The notes under the pieces were generated by a model, which was given only the letters and a program-made list of their open reading frames with translations, searched no databases and was not told the origin of the DNA. Shown in pieces: positions 50,770-63,130 of a DNA stretch of 64,000 nucleotides. Both the position numbers and the translations under genes were made by a program. Each line of letters opens with the position of its first letter. Position 1 is the first letter of the stretch. Source of the DNA: Carcharhinus amblyrhynchos (lineage: Eukaryota); NCBI GenBank assembly GCA_965287045.1, contig OZ336885.1, positions 64,914,001 to 64,978,000 of the forward strand. The letters run 5' to 3'.

Positions 50770-52990
50770 AACTGGGAATTTTCAATTTTAGTCGAAATCT
50801 GAGGCAAACGACTGATATTGCAGATACTTCGGAGTTTCCTGAATTGCAGAATGATACAGACAATAAGAAACATTCTTAAAATTGAATGTTACTTGTAGGG
50901 ATGCCAACGACAGACATTGACCATCAACAAAGAACAATCTATATTCTAAAAAAAAACATTTTATTTTGCTATAACTACATAATCAACCTGTACCTTCTAT
51001 ATTATGCTGTTCGCCCCGCCACATGTTGATATGTGGCATTGCAGTTGTGAATTTTGTGTGGATGACGTCACACGATGTGACTTCAAGGAATGTTCATTCT
51101 CAAAGCCAGTACAGAATTTAATAACTTCTTCAGAATTCTGAAGTACTCAGATTCTATAATTGACTCGCTTTTTTAACACATTCAGGCTCATACATGTTAT
51201 AAGTCATTCGAAGTCTGCACGGCATACAGATCTCGGTTACTCACATTTCTTTTTTTTCCTCTCCGTTACTGTTCTGACAATTTGTCTTGATGCACATTTG
51301 TTCTAAATGAGCCATGTGCTTTTGTTTTCTGTGATTGTAACAGGTTTATTTTTGCGGAAGTTTCGAAAGAGCGTTGGAAACGAAGCTTGTCATTCCATCG
51401 AAATATATTTAAACACAACAATGATATCGGCTGAAATTCGGAAAAAAAAATGTTGATTTGTGTGACAGTGATTTTGTTTCAGCAGCACTGCCACATTCAG
51501 CGTGTCCCATTACTTGAGGGTGCCTCTGTTATTAAAGATTAAACACCAAAACAATCGCCAGTTGCATTCTGTACATAGGCTACCTCTACTTTCTCTTCGT
51601 TCTCAATATTAAACCTAGTTACATTGGATCTAAATGTTCTTTAACAATCTGTCATCAGGTTTGTTTTCAAACGATAACTTTGCTGTTTTCAGATATCCAC
51701 GTGATAGATTGTATTTTCGATCTCATCTTGAATTCTTCTAACAATATTTGACAGTTCCTTCAGTCATTCAAGTTCTGAAAATAGAGATCTCTGTCACTTG
51801 GTGTTACCTCTGACTCAGGCTGAGCAGCCTTCGAGCCATGTTGCCATTTGAATTCGTATACCCGTTCTGTTTTGACTTGGGAACAGGAAAATATGGCCAG
51901 TTTCAAGACAGTGAGGATGCTAATCGGAGTCGACCCACACTGATAGAATTCGGGAGACAATGTCTCAGTTAAGCTAATTCCATCGCAAGTATTTATCCTT
52001 ATTTCTTTAGAACGACAAGGTTGCCTATTTGCAGTTACAGCAGTTGGCACCTTCGAACAAGCAGCGCGTTGGCTCTCCTTCGTTAAACAACTTAGTTTCT
52101 GAATCCTCATAAAAAGGCTGGTGCATAGACTATAATTTGAGAGGCCATTGTTTTCTGTAATTTTACCGAGGATAGAAATAAATTACGAAGACAAAGGAAT
52201 GAGTCTGGAGGTCAGCCATTCCACCCGAAACTCTAACTGCCCGACATCACACATCACTGTACGCCATTCTGCGCTTCCCTTGTCAGATTTCTCACAATTA
52301 GGAATAGCATATGATTCCATCGATCTATCATTTTCTGTTTTAAAGATATTCAATGACGATATATACGTTGCCATTTGAGGCAGAGTTCTGAGATCGACAT
52401 TGCTTCAATCAAGGCAGGCCTCGCACTCGAGGTGCACTCGATACTGCCAGCTGATCCACATGATCGAACAGTTTGAAATTTCCACGCCATTTCATAAAGT
52501 AAGGGTGAAAATTTCACGGAGTATAAACTGTGCTGCAAACTGTTCTGTCTTACTACAGTCGAACATTTTTAAACATGCTCAACTTATCACCTACCACATC
52601 ATGTCATCCATTTCGCATTCGAGATTAAATATCTTTTTGCTGATTCATGCACAAGAAAATGTATGTAATTCTGCAGCTCAGGATCTTAAAGTTGATTACA
52701 TGAAAAAGGTTTTGCTTCAATTCTATTTACCATATCAAATTGAGAAAATATATAATTTCCTATATCATGGTCCATCACAGAGATTGTTCCCACTCATCAA
52801 ACCACTCATTATACCCACTTATTGTTAAATAGCTGTCTGCATTTTCTTTTAACTCATGAGAATTTTGTACCCACCTGTGTTTTTTTTTACGTCTTCTAGA
52901 AGCAGACCGTAATATCATTTCCTAACTTTAATTTAGTAATGAAAGCTGTAAAGCAATCAGCCACATGCTTTAGGTGACTGTTTTTGTCAC
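50770..52990 (-). mobile_element. pol: Decayed Gypsy RT/RH and 3' flank, copy I (paralog of copy A)
   Basis: Shared blocks with copy A: aactgggaattt (1579/50771/59334), aaaaaaaatg.tgatttgtgtg..ttttgtttca.cagcac (2256/51443), and the RT block 52330-52540 vs 3690-3870. Confidence 0.6.
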
Positions 52991-53970
52991 GCATTCACGT
53001 AATGACAGAATCACAGAATACTACAGTGCAGGAGAACCCCTTTGGCCCTCTAGTCTTCACTGACGAATGAAAGATCCTGGTCTGCCCACCGCATCCCACG
53101 CGCAGACACTTGACTATTAGCCTGGAATATTGTGGCATGCCGAATACCCACTCAGACGCTTTTAATTTATATGAGGCATGACAACTCCATCACCCACAAG
53201 CGACCCCCTCCCCACTCCACCCGCTGCCCCCTTCCCCCGCCCCCGACTCATGCAGTGCATTTCAGACAGTCTCCACCTCTGGGTATATATATCTATATTT
53301 CTTTCCCTCAGATCCCCTGAAACTCCAAACCCTCAGCTTTGATGTGTGTCCTCTCATGACTGACACTTGAATTGAGCGGAACATCTGTTCCCTATTTACT
53401 ATCGCCATGCCCTCTTCTTGAACACCTCAATTCGGCCGCCCTCAGTCGTCTCCTCTTCACAGAAAACAACAGGTGACAGTCTAAGCTCTCGTTGTACCTT
53501 CACGTTGCATCCCAGGCAATATCCTGGTGAATCCCTTATGCAATTCTTCTAGTGTGTTCATGTAATTTCTATAATGCGAAAATTAGCACACCATTCAGTC
53601 GTCCACCTGTGGCCTCAACAGAGCTCTACATATCTCCACCACGACCTCTCTGCTATTGTAATCTATACCTCTATTGACAACGTCCAGTGCGCTGTGTCTT
53701 TTTTCACCACCCTATTAAACTGCATTTTCACCTTCAAAGATGTATGGCCAATCAGCCAACATTCATTTCTTGTTGGGAAATTTCTAATATTGGAACTTTC
53801 AAAGAGTACTTCCTTGTAAAATTACTCCCTCCAAAATGTGTTGCCTCACACTTTTCAAGGTTAATTTCATCTGTCACATTTTTTTTGTTGCCCATTTGAG
53901 CATTTCATATATATTTTGCTGCAAACCAAGATACTGAAACTCCTTGTTAACCATCAGCCAATCTTGATGT

Positions 53971-54603
53971 TGTTAGCGCCAGTGGGCGAAACGACCACTA
54001 CGGACTCAGGGTGAAGTTCAATAACGGCACAACTTTATTTTCTTTACCTCGATGGAGAAGCACAGTCAAGACATGCAATTGGACTGCCCCGAAAGTGCCC
54101 TAAAGACTCCCCCACAACGGGCTAATGTTATACCTGAACTTCGCGTTTCAAATGCTATGTATTTGACTTCAGCTACCCTGTTTCGATGTTTTCGAGTGTT
54201 GGAGCAATTGTTTTAAGTGTGTGTTAATCGTTTTTGTCTGGTTGGTTATCAATGATCTGGAATCTCTGGGATTTGAACCATAGGTGTGTTATTGATCTCG
54301 AGAGTTTTGAGGGGCCAGGGACTCTTCCTTAACTGTGTTAATTTTAGGTGTCTCCATGGGTTGTTTGACTGGTTTGGAAGAGCTGATTTTGATGGGGTGG
54401 GAATGTGTTCTTTAATTTAGTTCCTGTAGGTGCCATCCTGTCCAATTTCCCTTATGTGCTAGCCCTCATTTGCATTCTAAAAGCATGCTCTTGCCTACTG
54501 ATCAGTTTCTGTTACTTTGTGATTTTAGTGGAGGGCTCCGAGGATGCTTTAGTTTGCTTCTATTTTGTGCGCCCAATTTCATAAACTTTGTAGTCCGACA
54601 ACA
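53971..54603 (-). mobile_element. Solo LTR (633 bp, TG...CA, 4-bp TSD ATGT)
   Basis: atgt|TGTTAG ... ACAACA|atgt (TSD 53967-53970 and 54604-54607). Minus-strand AATAAA at ~54034-54039. Interrupts the CR1 KFADDTK-like codons. Confidence 0.8.
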
Positions 54604-54957
54604 ATGTAATCGGCAAATTTTCTGATCCCACCTCATGCATGCATCTCTGTGCCACTTGCATAGAAGTTGAATAATAAGGGACTCAACACGGATCCATTTG
54701 GTACGCCACTGTTCACAGGTTTCTAGTCACTAATGCAGCAGTTTGTCATCACATGTTTCCTTTCGCTGAGCTAATAATGAATCAACCTTATCAGACCCCC
54801 GTGTATGCTCTGTGCATTTATCTTAGTAAAATGTTCCCCATTTGGGATTGTTTCAAACGCTTTGCTGAAATCTATGTAATGCATCGACCGCACTACCCTC
54901 GCCGAAACTCTTGGTTACAGGCTTCAAAAATTCAATTAAACGTGCTAGGCTTGACCT

Positions 54958-55286
54958 CTGGACTAGAGGGCAGGACTAGTGGGCACAGCCTCAAGATAAG
55001 CGAGGGGAGCGCAGTTTAGAACGGAGTTGAGGAGGAACTTCTTCACTCAAAGGGAGGTGAATCTCTGGAATTCTCTGCCCGTTGAAGTGGTGGAAGCTAC
55101 CTCGCTAAATATATTTAAGGCACGGTAGATAGGTTTTTGTTGGACAAGGGATTTAAGGGTTATGGGGAGAAAGCTGGAGAGTGGAACTGAGCCACTTCAG
55201 ATCAGCCATGATCTTATTGAATGGCGTGGCAGTCTCGAAGGGCTAGATGGCCTACTCCTGCTCCTACTTCTTATGTTCTTATGTTC
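54958..55286 (+). mobile_element. Young 5'-truncated CR1 (TTCTTATG-tail subfamily)
   Basis: RRNFFTQR..NLWNSLP; tail ttcttatgttcttatgtt; highly similar to 56845-57152. Confidence 0.92.
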
Positions 55287-55676
55287 ACTGTCAACTCTGA
55301 TCTTTAATACCTCGAGTCTCCAAATGGATATAAATTCCTCTCACAGCTTGCACGACATGCTGGTCAGGTACATTTAGCCGAAAAGGTGTCAGAATGTGGC
55401 AACGAGGAGAATTTCACGGTAATGTCATTGCCATGTTAATTTAAGCCTTACATGTGACTAACACATAAACGTTGACAGAAAATTTCTTACCTTCATACTC
55501 TTCTCCATTTGTTTACCAACCCCAGGCGCAAGACTCACAGTTGTGGATCACACTGGCTTGTCTCAACAAACTTTCTTAAAAAGTTGAAGCATGTTAGCTG
55601 ACCTCCAGTCCACTTACAAATGAAGTTGCCAGGAGGAATTGAACATTTGGTTTGCTAAATGTTTACGACTCCTTAC

Positions 55677-56030
55677 GATGTGGAGAGGCTGGCGTTGGAC
55701 TTGGGTGGGTGGAATAAGATGCCTCGCAAGGTTATAGCCCAACAGGCTTATTTGGAAGCATGGACTTTCAGAACGCAGCTCCTAGGTCAAGTGATTGGAC
55801 ACGTAAATGTACAAGCATGTCCTATATCGGCAAAGGCACACTTGCAAGATAACAGTTGGAGTCTTTCTGGTATTCATATTCCAATTATTACCTTGCAATT
55901 GTACCTTTGAATATGCATGCCCTGTTTGTGAACCGACCTCTCGACTCGCTTGTTGACATACCAAAGCTCCGCAAGCTTGTGATTTCGATTTGAACTTTCG
56001 ACTGTAACCTGGTGTTGTGAGACTTCTCAC
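55677..56030. mobile_element. Degenerate Penelope end fragments in inverted arrangement
   Basis: Minus-strand terminus (gcgttggac..aggttatagcccaacagg) at 55690-55800; plus-strand terminus (gactgtaacctggtgttgtgagacttct) at ~56000. Confidence 0.7.
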
Positions 56031-56039
56031 CATAATTAT

Positions 56040-57320
56040 TTAGAACGTTAAGGATGCTTTCATATCTATCTCTAAGCCATAAGTGTATTTTTTTTCTTCG
56101 AATTACTTGCTTCCTTTCAATCCATCCGCATTTCAGTTTCTCTTCCGAACCTGTCACTCTTTGCCTGGAGCTATCCATGTCAATGTATCTGTGATTTTAA
56201 CTGTGCATGTTTTGGCAAATGCGACTCTGCAGAAGACAAGGAACAACAGATGTAAAACTGTTTGTAATCTTGATGTTCTATACGCTTTCCAACAGAGGCA
56301 TACCTCAGCCGTTTAGTCAAGGATTTTTTTTTACCTTGCTCTCTATTAGAGCCCTTTATTTGTTTTCTTTGATGATAATGTTGGAATGTTAATGTGTTTG
56401 CCCCTTTATTAAACTTACTCGCTGCAAATTGTTTCCCCTTTGTTCTTCACAATGTCCATCTTATCTTTCGTCGTGTACGAATTGAGAAATGTGCTTGCGT
56501 AAAGATCTATGGCCGCATAAAAACGGTGCGCGTGCATATCAAATAGCAGCATGTCTTTCAAGCTTCTACTTTTTTAATTCAACTATTTTCATCTCGAGAA
56601 ACTATGATTGACACACATGATGGTTATCAATGAATGATGGCAATTGTGATTCACAGATATGTTTCGTGACTTTCCATTTTATTTTTGGTCAATTGGTATT
56701 CATAACAAATGCAGCTAGAATGTTTGCTGCAATGACACCCTGTCTATCGATGATTAACAAGAACAAAAAACAAAATGTCCCTTTCCAGTTGTGGTCTTTG
56801 CCTGATCTGTGTTGCATTGGACACAAGTAAAGAGTGTTTAGCACAACCTCAAGATAAAGGGGGGGGGGGGGGGGGCGGTTTAGAACGGAGTTGAGGAGGA
56901 ACTTCTTCACTCAAAGGGTGGTGAATCTCTGGAATTCTCTGCCCGTTGAAGTGGTGGAGGCTGCCTCGCTAAATATTTTTAAGACGCGCGTTGATGGGTT
57001 TTTGATAAGAGAGGGGATTAAGGGTTATGGGGAGAGGGCGGGAAAGTGGAACTGAGCCACGACAGATCAGCCATGATCTTATTGAATGGCGGGGCAGGCT
57101 CGAAGGGCTAGATGGCCTACTCCTGCTCCTATTTCTTATGTTCTTATGTTCAAAGACATAAAATAGAACAATCCAACGCAACATGGATCTCTATCAACTG
57201 ATGAAGAAAACACAGTTGTTTTGTGTGTGTGTTTACATTCTCAACTGACCAGCGATAGAGATAAATAAAATACGTTTGACTTGTGCAATGTCCTTACTTT
57301 TCTTAGAAATTGGAAGCATT
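56040..57320 (-). mobile_element. gag: Decayed Gypsy gag (SCAN-like/capsid to Zn-knuckle), interrupted by CR1
   Basis: KDHNWKGTFCFLF (~KQMKWPQDMWVLL), FLNS..HCEEQRG (~FKNS..HVEEQRV), FYICCSLSSAESH (degenerate CCHC). Confidence 0.55.
56845..57152 (+). mobile_element. Young 5'-truncated CR1
   Basis: tttagaacggagttgaggaggaacttcttcactcaaagggtgg..tttcttatgttcttatgtt. Confidence 0.92.
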
Positions 57321-57324
57321 AGTG

Positions 57325-58035
57325 CGTATTTTTAACTCGAACGTCGGAGTGGAGGGATCAAGTCACATTGTTGGTGATCTGAAAACTAGAAACCTACAGA
57401 TGTTCGCCATTTCCACGTCAACCCCTTTGATGTAGGCAGAGGCCTATCTTCTACTCCGGACACTGAAGTCAATGGTAATCGCAATCTTTTCGCTGACATT
57501 GTGGGACATAGTATTTTCGGCACATCGATTCACCAGTTTATCTATTTCTCACACAGAAGCTCATCATTTCTGAGTAGGAGATCATGGTAATGACATCGGC
57601 AAATTGGAAAGTCACTTTGGACGGGAGTTTCACCACTTAGTCATGTGTGTAACGGGAAGAACACGGGGCGAGAGGTACAGCATTGCGGGACACTGGTACT
57701 TAGGATGATAATAATAATAAAAAAAGGTATAAGTGCCGCTCCATAATGATGTGTGGTTTTGTAATTCTAGGAACAAGTTGCAGAGCATGGAGCCGAGTCC
57801 GAATCCGTAGATTTTGAAGAGATTTGCCGGAAAATGCCGAGATGGAACAAATGTAACACAGTCTTACAAGTGTTTGTTATCCAGGTGTTCCAGATTGCAG
57901 TGCAGTTCCAAAGACCTGGCAACTGTTCTGGACTTATTGCTGCACTCAGTGAACTGTAGTGAATCCTGGCAATCTGGACGGCTGGAATTGATCGATGCTA
58001 CGACTAATCTTCCAAAGCACTTCATGATGATGGAT
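57325..58035 (-). mobile_element. Decayed Rex1/Babar-like RT fragment
   Basis: ORF IIMKCFGRLVVASINSSRPDCQDSLQF (~IMKCFERLV..LDPLQF); QFADVITM (~KFADDTT). Confidence 0.85.
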
Positions 58036-58982
58036 GATAACGTAGGAGGCATTGGTAGTGGCATTGCCCATGACACCAAGAATGGTAGCATAGTCGACAG
58101 TGAATGGTGCTGTCTAGGTTTGAAACGGAATGTTGCTCAATTGGATGATTTGGCTGACAAATAGCAGACGTAATTGAATTTAGATACATGCAGGGTGATG
58201 CACGTTGAGAGGTCAATCTAGAACATGTGGTAGAAAGTTAATGGAAGGGAGGTGGGGAGAGTTGTGTTGCAAAGATACCTAGGGGTACAGGTACATAGCT
58301 CGTTGATACTGGAGTCACAGGTGGGAAGAATGAAGAAAACATTTGTCGTGTTTGAATTCATTACTCAGCACATTTGATACATGAATTGCGACGATTTCCT
58401 GAAGTGGAACAAGATCTAAATAGGTCCGCACTTGGAATAATGTGTATAGTTCTGATCAACCTAAGATGGAAAATATACAATTAAATTCGAAGGAGTGCTC
58501 TGGCGAATTAGTAGGGTGCTAATGGGACTTGATGGTTTGAGTTACAAGGAGAGATTGGACAGAATGAGGCTGTTTCTTTTGCCTTGGAAGGTAGCTGAAT
58601 TAGGGGTGATCGTTTACAAGCGTATATAGTAATGATGGGCATTGCTCATTCAGTTGTCAACATATTTATCCAAATGTAGACGAGTCTAAAACTAATGGCA
58701 TAGGTTAAGTTGAGTTGGGAGAGATGCAAAAGCGCCGAGAGGGACATTGTATTCACAGAGTGGTGGGTGACTGGAACAAGCTGTAAGTGTCAGTCGGGGA
58801 AGCGGGTGCAATGTTGGTTTTTAAAAACAAAACAAAAACGGTTACATGAGTCAGATGGGTATGGAGGAATATGGGCCAAACACTGACAATTTTGAATAGC
58901 TACACGGTTAACAAAGCGTGGCATTCACAATTTGCTTCGAAGGGCATCTTCACATGTTTTAATCATCTGTGACTCTATGAAT
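58036..58982 (+). mobile_element. Decayed CR1 3' fragment
   Basis: IAHDTKNG, ggtccgcacttggaa (PHLE), tail gtgactctatga. Confidence 0.85.
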
Positions 58983-58999
58983 CAACGCCAGAACAATTA

Positions 59000-61900
59000 G
59001 GCATTCTTTATTCTGGCACATAATGACAATAGTTGTTGATTTCTTTGTGGATATTAACAATCATTTGAAGTCGACACACGAAAACAATTATTAAGACTGA
59101 TGACATAATGTTTGAGCAAAAATATAAATCATTTTATATGAAAGGAACAAAGGTGGATTTTTGGGCATGACTGGGAGCGAACACAAATTTCAACATTGCA
59201 AACAATATTAATCTTGCACAATTGATATTTCAATTATGAAAGAATGGATGCCGACTGAAAGCTGCAGGCTCGACAGCATCCGTGGAGAGAGAACGGAGTT
59301 TCCTGTTTAACGCAATATCAACATTTTCCATGCAACTGGGAATTTCTACGTTTGCTGAAATGCTGCTGGCCAGGACATGATGTTCTAAATAAATCCAAGG
59401 TTATAAAATAACTGGAAATACAGGAAATGGGACGGCGAGCATTTGTCTGTGAAAATGAGGGCAACATTCAACACAACGAATCTTGCGTGTTGCAGCACCG
59501 ACATAAACCATTGATCAGAGGCTAATATCAATGCTCACTCTTAACAGGGCATTTCCTTTGCATTGACGACATATAAAATTAGCAGTTTGCTTATTGCGGT
59601 GAATTTCATGGTGCATATTGATCTGTGACGTTCATATTGCGATTTTTAATTTTTTGAATCAGTCAGAGGTTGTAACTTGTTAGAATGTTGTTTCTCGTAG
59701 CCAATGCTTTCTCGAAAGTGTCCCTAAGAATTTCAAAATGTTTTGCTGCTGTGATTGTGTCTCATTTTAACACTTAGCATCAGGATTGTTCGTCAGTCAT
59801 GAACACACTGCCTTGCATTTAGATATCTATTATCGCTTTGTGGACTTTAATCATTGCGTCCTGATTCTGCCAGCTTTTTCAGAACTTCCAGGCGAATGTT
59901 TGTAACAAAACTTGACATTGCGGGCAAAGATATTGAAACAGTAACAGTGGACTCAGCAGGAAATCAAAAATTAAATGCTGATATGAATGCTAAATCTTAC
60001 GTTTCACCAGCATTGACTCAGTACTTGAAAAACCATTGGACGACTTGCCAATAAGTTTAAAGGCTCAACACGTAAATGCAACTCTGCCTGAACTGTGACG
60101 TGTTGTTTTCATGACAAAGAGGTTTTCAGAAGTCTTCTTGTGATTTCGGTCGGTTCATGCCCTCTCCTCCTGCACAAGTTAACTCAGATTATTATTGTTC
60201 TCTCTGGGATAAATTTAGCAGTATTGATGGCAATATTACGAATTTGTGTTGTTTTTTTTTTCCTTTCCCTTTTCAAGAGTGTGAATACGAAATGAGGCTT
60301 GAGAAACAAATTTCTGTGCTTTAAATGCATGCAGCATTCAATAACCGAATTCTAAAAAAAAAAGTACTGTCCTTAGTTGCTGTGCGGTCTCAATATAAAA
60401 TAAAACAGCATCAGACATAAGCATTATTTTACTGTCTATGAAAGTGATTGCTTTGTAAAGCCGTAACTGTTTTATCGTAGCTCTCTGGGGGATCGATTGT
60501 ATTTCAGGTCTAGAATTGAGTGGTGCCGTTGTAGCACATTATCACAGTTCCGTCCATTATCCATGTTCAGAAAATAGGCATCACTATCATTCCCTGACAT
60601 TACTGAATCATTCTAAGCAATATTCGCGACAGACTGCTAACTGTCCTTGATCATCCGTCCGTTCTGTTTCGCGGACAGGACAACAGGACAGATTTCAAGT
60701 CACGCAAGTCTATTACAGGATTTGATCCGGCACTGAGTGTTTTCCAAAGAGAATACGCTAACCGTCTTGATAAATGAGTTGATTTAATCCGAAGCAATTT
60801 CCTCCTCTGTTTGAAGCGTGAGAGAAAATGTTTGCCGTTACATCAGTTTCTGTTTTCGAAATATTAGCGGTTGGACATTCTTTGGTTAAACGTATCAAGC
60901 TCGGGATCCAGATTAAAACAAAGAAGATAAAACAAATCTAAAATCTTGGATTCACATGCGTCTTTCCAAGATAAATGAAAATTAAAAGATACAGATATTA
61001 GATCAGACGTGAGTCCCTCTACCCCTTAATTCTACAAGTCACACATCTCAAACCGCTGCGTGCCTTTCTTGGTTTGAAGTGCCACAATTCTCACTAATTA
61101 TAAAAAAATCTTTGCCATGAATTTAATACTGTTTTAATGCTATCTTTTTTTTTCTTGTTGCGCTGCCATAAGATGCAGAGTTTGGAGATCGTATATACTT
61201 CAAACAAAGCAAGTCTCGCACTTTCAAACACACGCCATGTACCCACAGCCTGATGAGCCGATGATTTTTGTAGAATACATTGAAACGTCCACATGATTCC
61301 TGAAAGAAGTAGACTGGGAACTGCAGAGTTTACGAGATGTTGCTATTGGTCTTGGGTTACTGAAGCATCGCGTCCTTAAATAAGCCAAACTATTCCATTC
61401 CAAAGAGAATAATGTGTTCAATTTCAAGATTGAAAGTTCAGTCTTTGTGCTACATGTCATTCATTCATGAAAAATAACACTTAAGTCATTCTGCACCACA
61501 AATTCCAAAGATTTTTGCTATTCTTTTGTTTATTTTATGATGTCACCATGAGAAGGATGAGTTGTTCCCATTTATCAAACTACTGATTATACCTACTTAT
61601 TACTGTGACTTATTAATGTGTGTGATTATACCTACTTATTAATGTTAGCAGCGCCTTCGTGACCAAATTGCATCCACCTGTATTGTATTCTCTGAATGTC
61701 TACAATGACAACACTTCCCAGTTTTTTTTTTCATAATTCACTCATGTAAGTTACAAAACAATTAGGCACATTGCTTTTGGGAATCACCTGGGTGATGAGA
61801 TGTATTGCAATTTAGGAATGCACCCTTCATTTTTTATCAGATACTAAAATTTGCATCCAAGTGAATATTGTGGCTTCTTGAATTCATGTGTTCCAGATAA

Positions 61901-63050
61901 ATGTTTACGAAAACATGTGGCATTTATTCCAAGTATTCCACCTCAGTCGCTAAATAAACTCACATTAATCAGCAGCATATTTGGTCGTTCAGCTCACTGT
62001 GATAATATTATTTGTTTCTATTAATGACGTGCTCTTGTTTTGGTTAGTGCCTTCGACGGCAATTACCTAGCTGTAAACTTCGTTAAATATCCACAATTTT
62101 CCACTTCCATTGGCCGTGTAATACTGAATGGAACTGGGAAGGTATTAGGTGTATATTTATGCACAATTGAATGTGACATAGCATGTGGACAAGTTCTGGA
62201 ACAAAACAAAATTAATGATACGTTTTGAGGAAGGTACAATTGGATATGCAACAGGGATGCATTCAACGAATTTCATGCAAAGCTGCTAAGGTCAGAATTG
62301 GAATGACCTAGCTTTGATCTGGTCAGCATATTTCATGGGCTAATATTTGTTCTGCACAGATTATACAGGATGTTTACACAATTCTTAACAGGGCTGGACA
62401 TGGAAGCTTTAACCAGGTGTTGAATTGCGTAGTATGTTGTGACAGGGAGCAGAGCCTACCAATGTCTGATAAGCTGATGCAATCATGAATTTCCTCGAGA
62501 TGATATTAGAAAATGTAAAGGTTCTCTGACAGGATTGACCATTTGAATTTATACCGTGGATAACCTTTCAGAGGGGGCCTGAAATGGCATGTTTTCACAA
62601 TCAAGGAATTTTGAGCATCCAACTTGAGTTGTGGTTGATGCTGGGAAAAAAAGACATCTTATTCTGAAGTATACTGGCACTGAATGCAGATTATGACTGA
62701 AATGCTGGGAAGTTCTTACTTCCAAGGCAGCAAAACACACGCTGAAAAGTTGGTTACAATGCACGACATTGAGTGCCTGAACAAAAAATCCGTACGTGAA
62801 GACTTATTAGATGTCCAGTGTCAGTCTGAACATACGCAAATGCTAATTTCAGGGAGTTTTGCTACCCCAGTCGTATATCCAAAAAAAAACAACTACTTTT
62901 TTTCTCCTCTTTTTTCACAAATTGTACTCTTTAGTTTTTTCATAAACTGTTTTCACAAAAGTTTGAAAGTTTTGATTTTCCACTGATATTACTTGTATTC
63001 ATTGTGCTAAAAAATTTTCCCTTTTTCAATTTGTATTTGCAATGCGCAGA
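59000..63050 (-). mobile_element. pol: Decayed Gmr1-like Gypsy pol (IN -> RT -> RH), copy J (paralog of copy A)
   Basis: Collinear with 1500-5400 over ~3.5 kb (e.g. cctgcacaagttaactcaga at 2456/60169; cagatttcaa at 3272/60689; aactca..cagctcac at 4549/61957). Confidence 0.7.
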
Positions 63051-63130
63051 CACAAGGCTTTGTGAGTGCAGTGGACTCAGAGTCGAATGTGTTTTTTTTT
63101 AATGATTTCTTTCTAGAATCATCCTATGGG

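Larger units (their letters stand above)
53005..55650 (-). mobile_element. Decayed CR1/HER1 LINE, interrupted by a solo LTR and a young CR1
   Basis: Tail complement acagaatcacagaat at 53005; SGVPNGSVLSPLLF (~SGVPQGSVLGPLLF) at ~54690; the host sequence resumes across the LTR. Confidence 0.85.

Noticed and set aside
61585-61645. Short direct repeat tgattatacctacttatta x2
   Set aside because: Ordinary small slippage duplication with no further structure.
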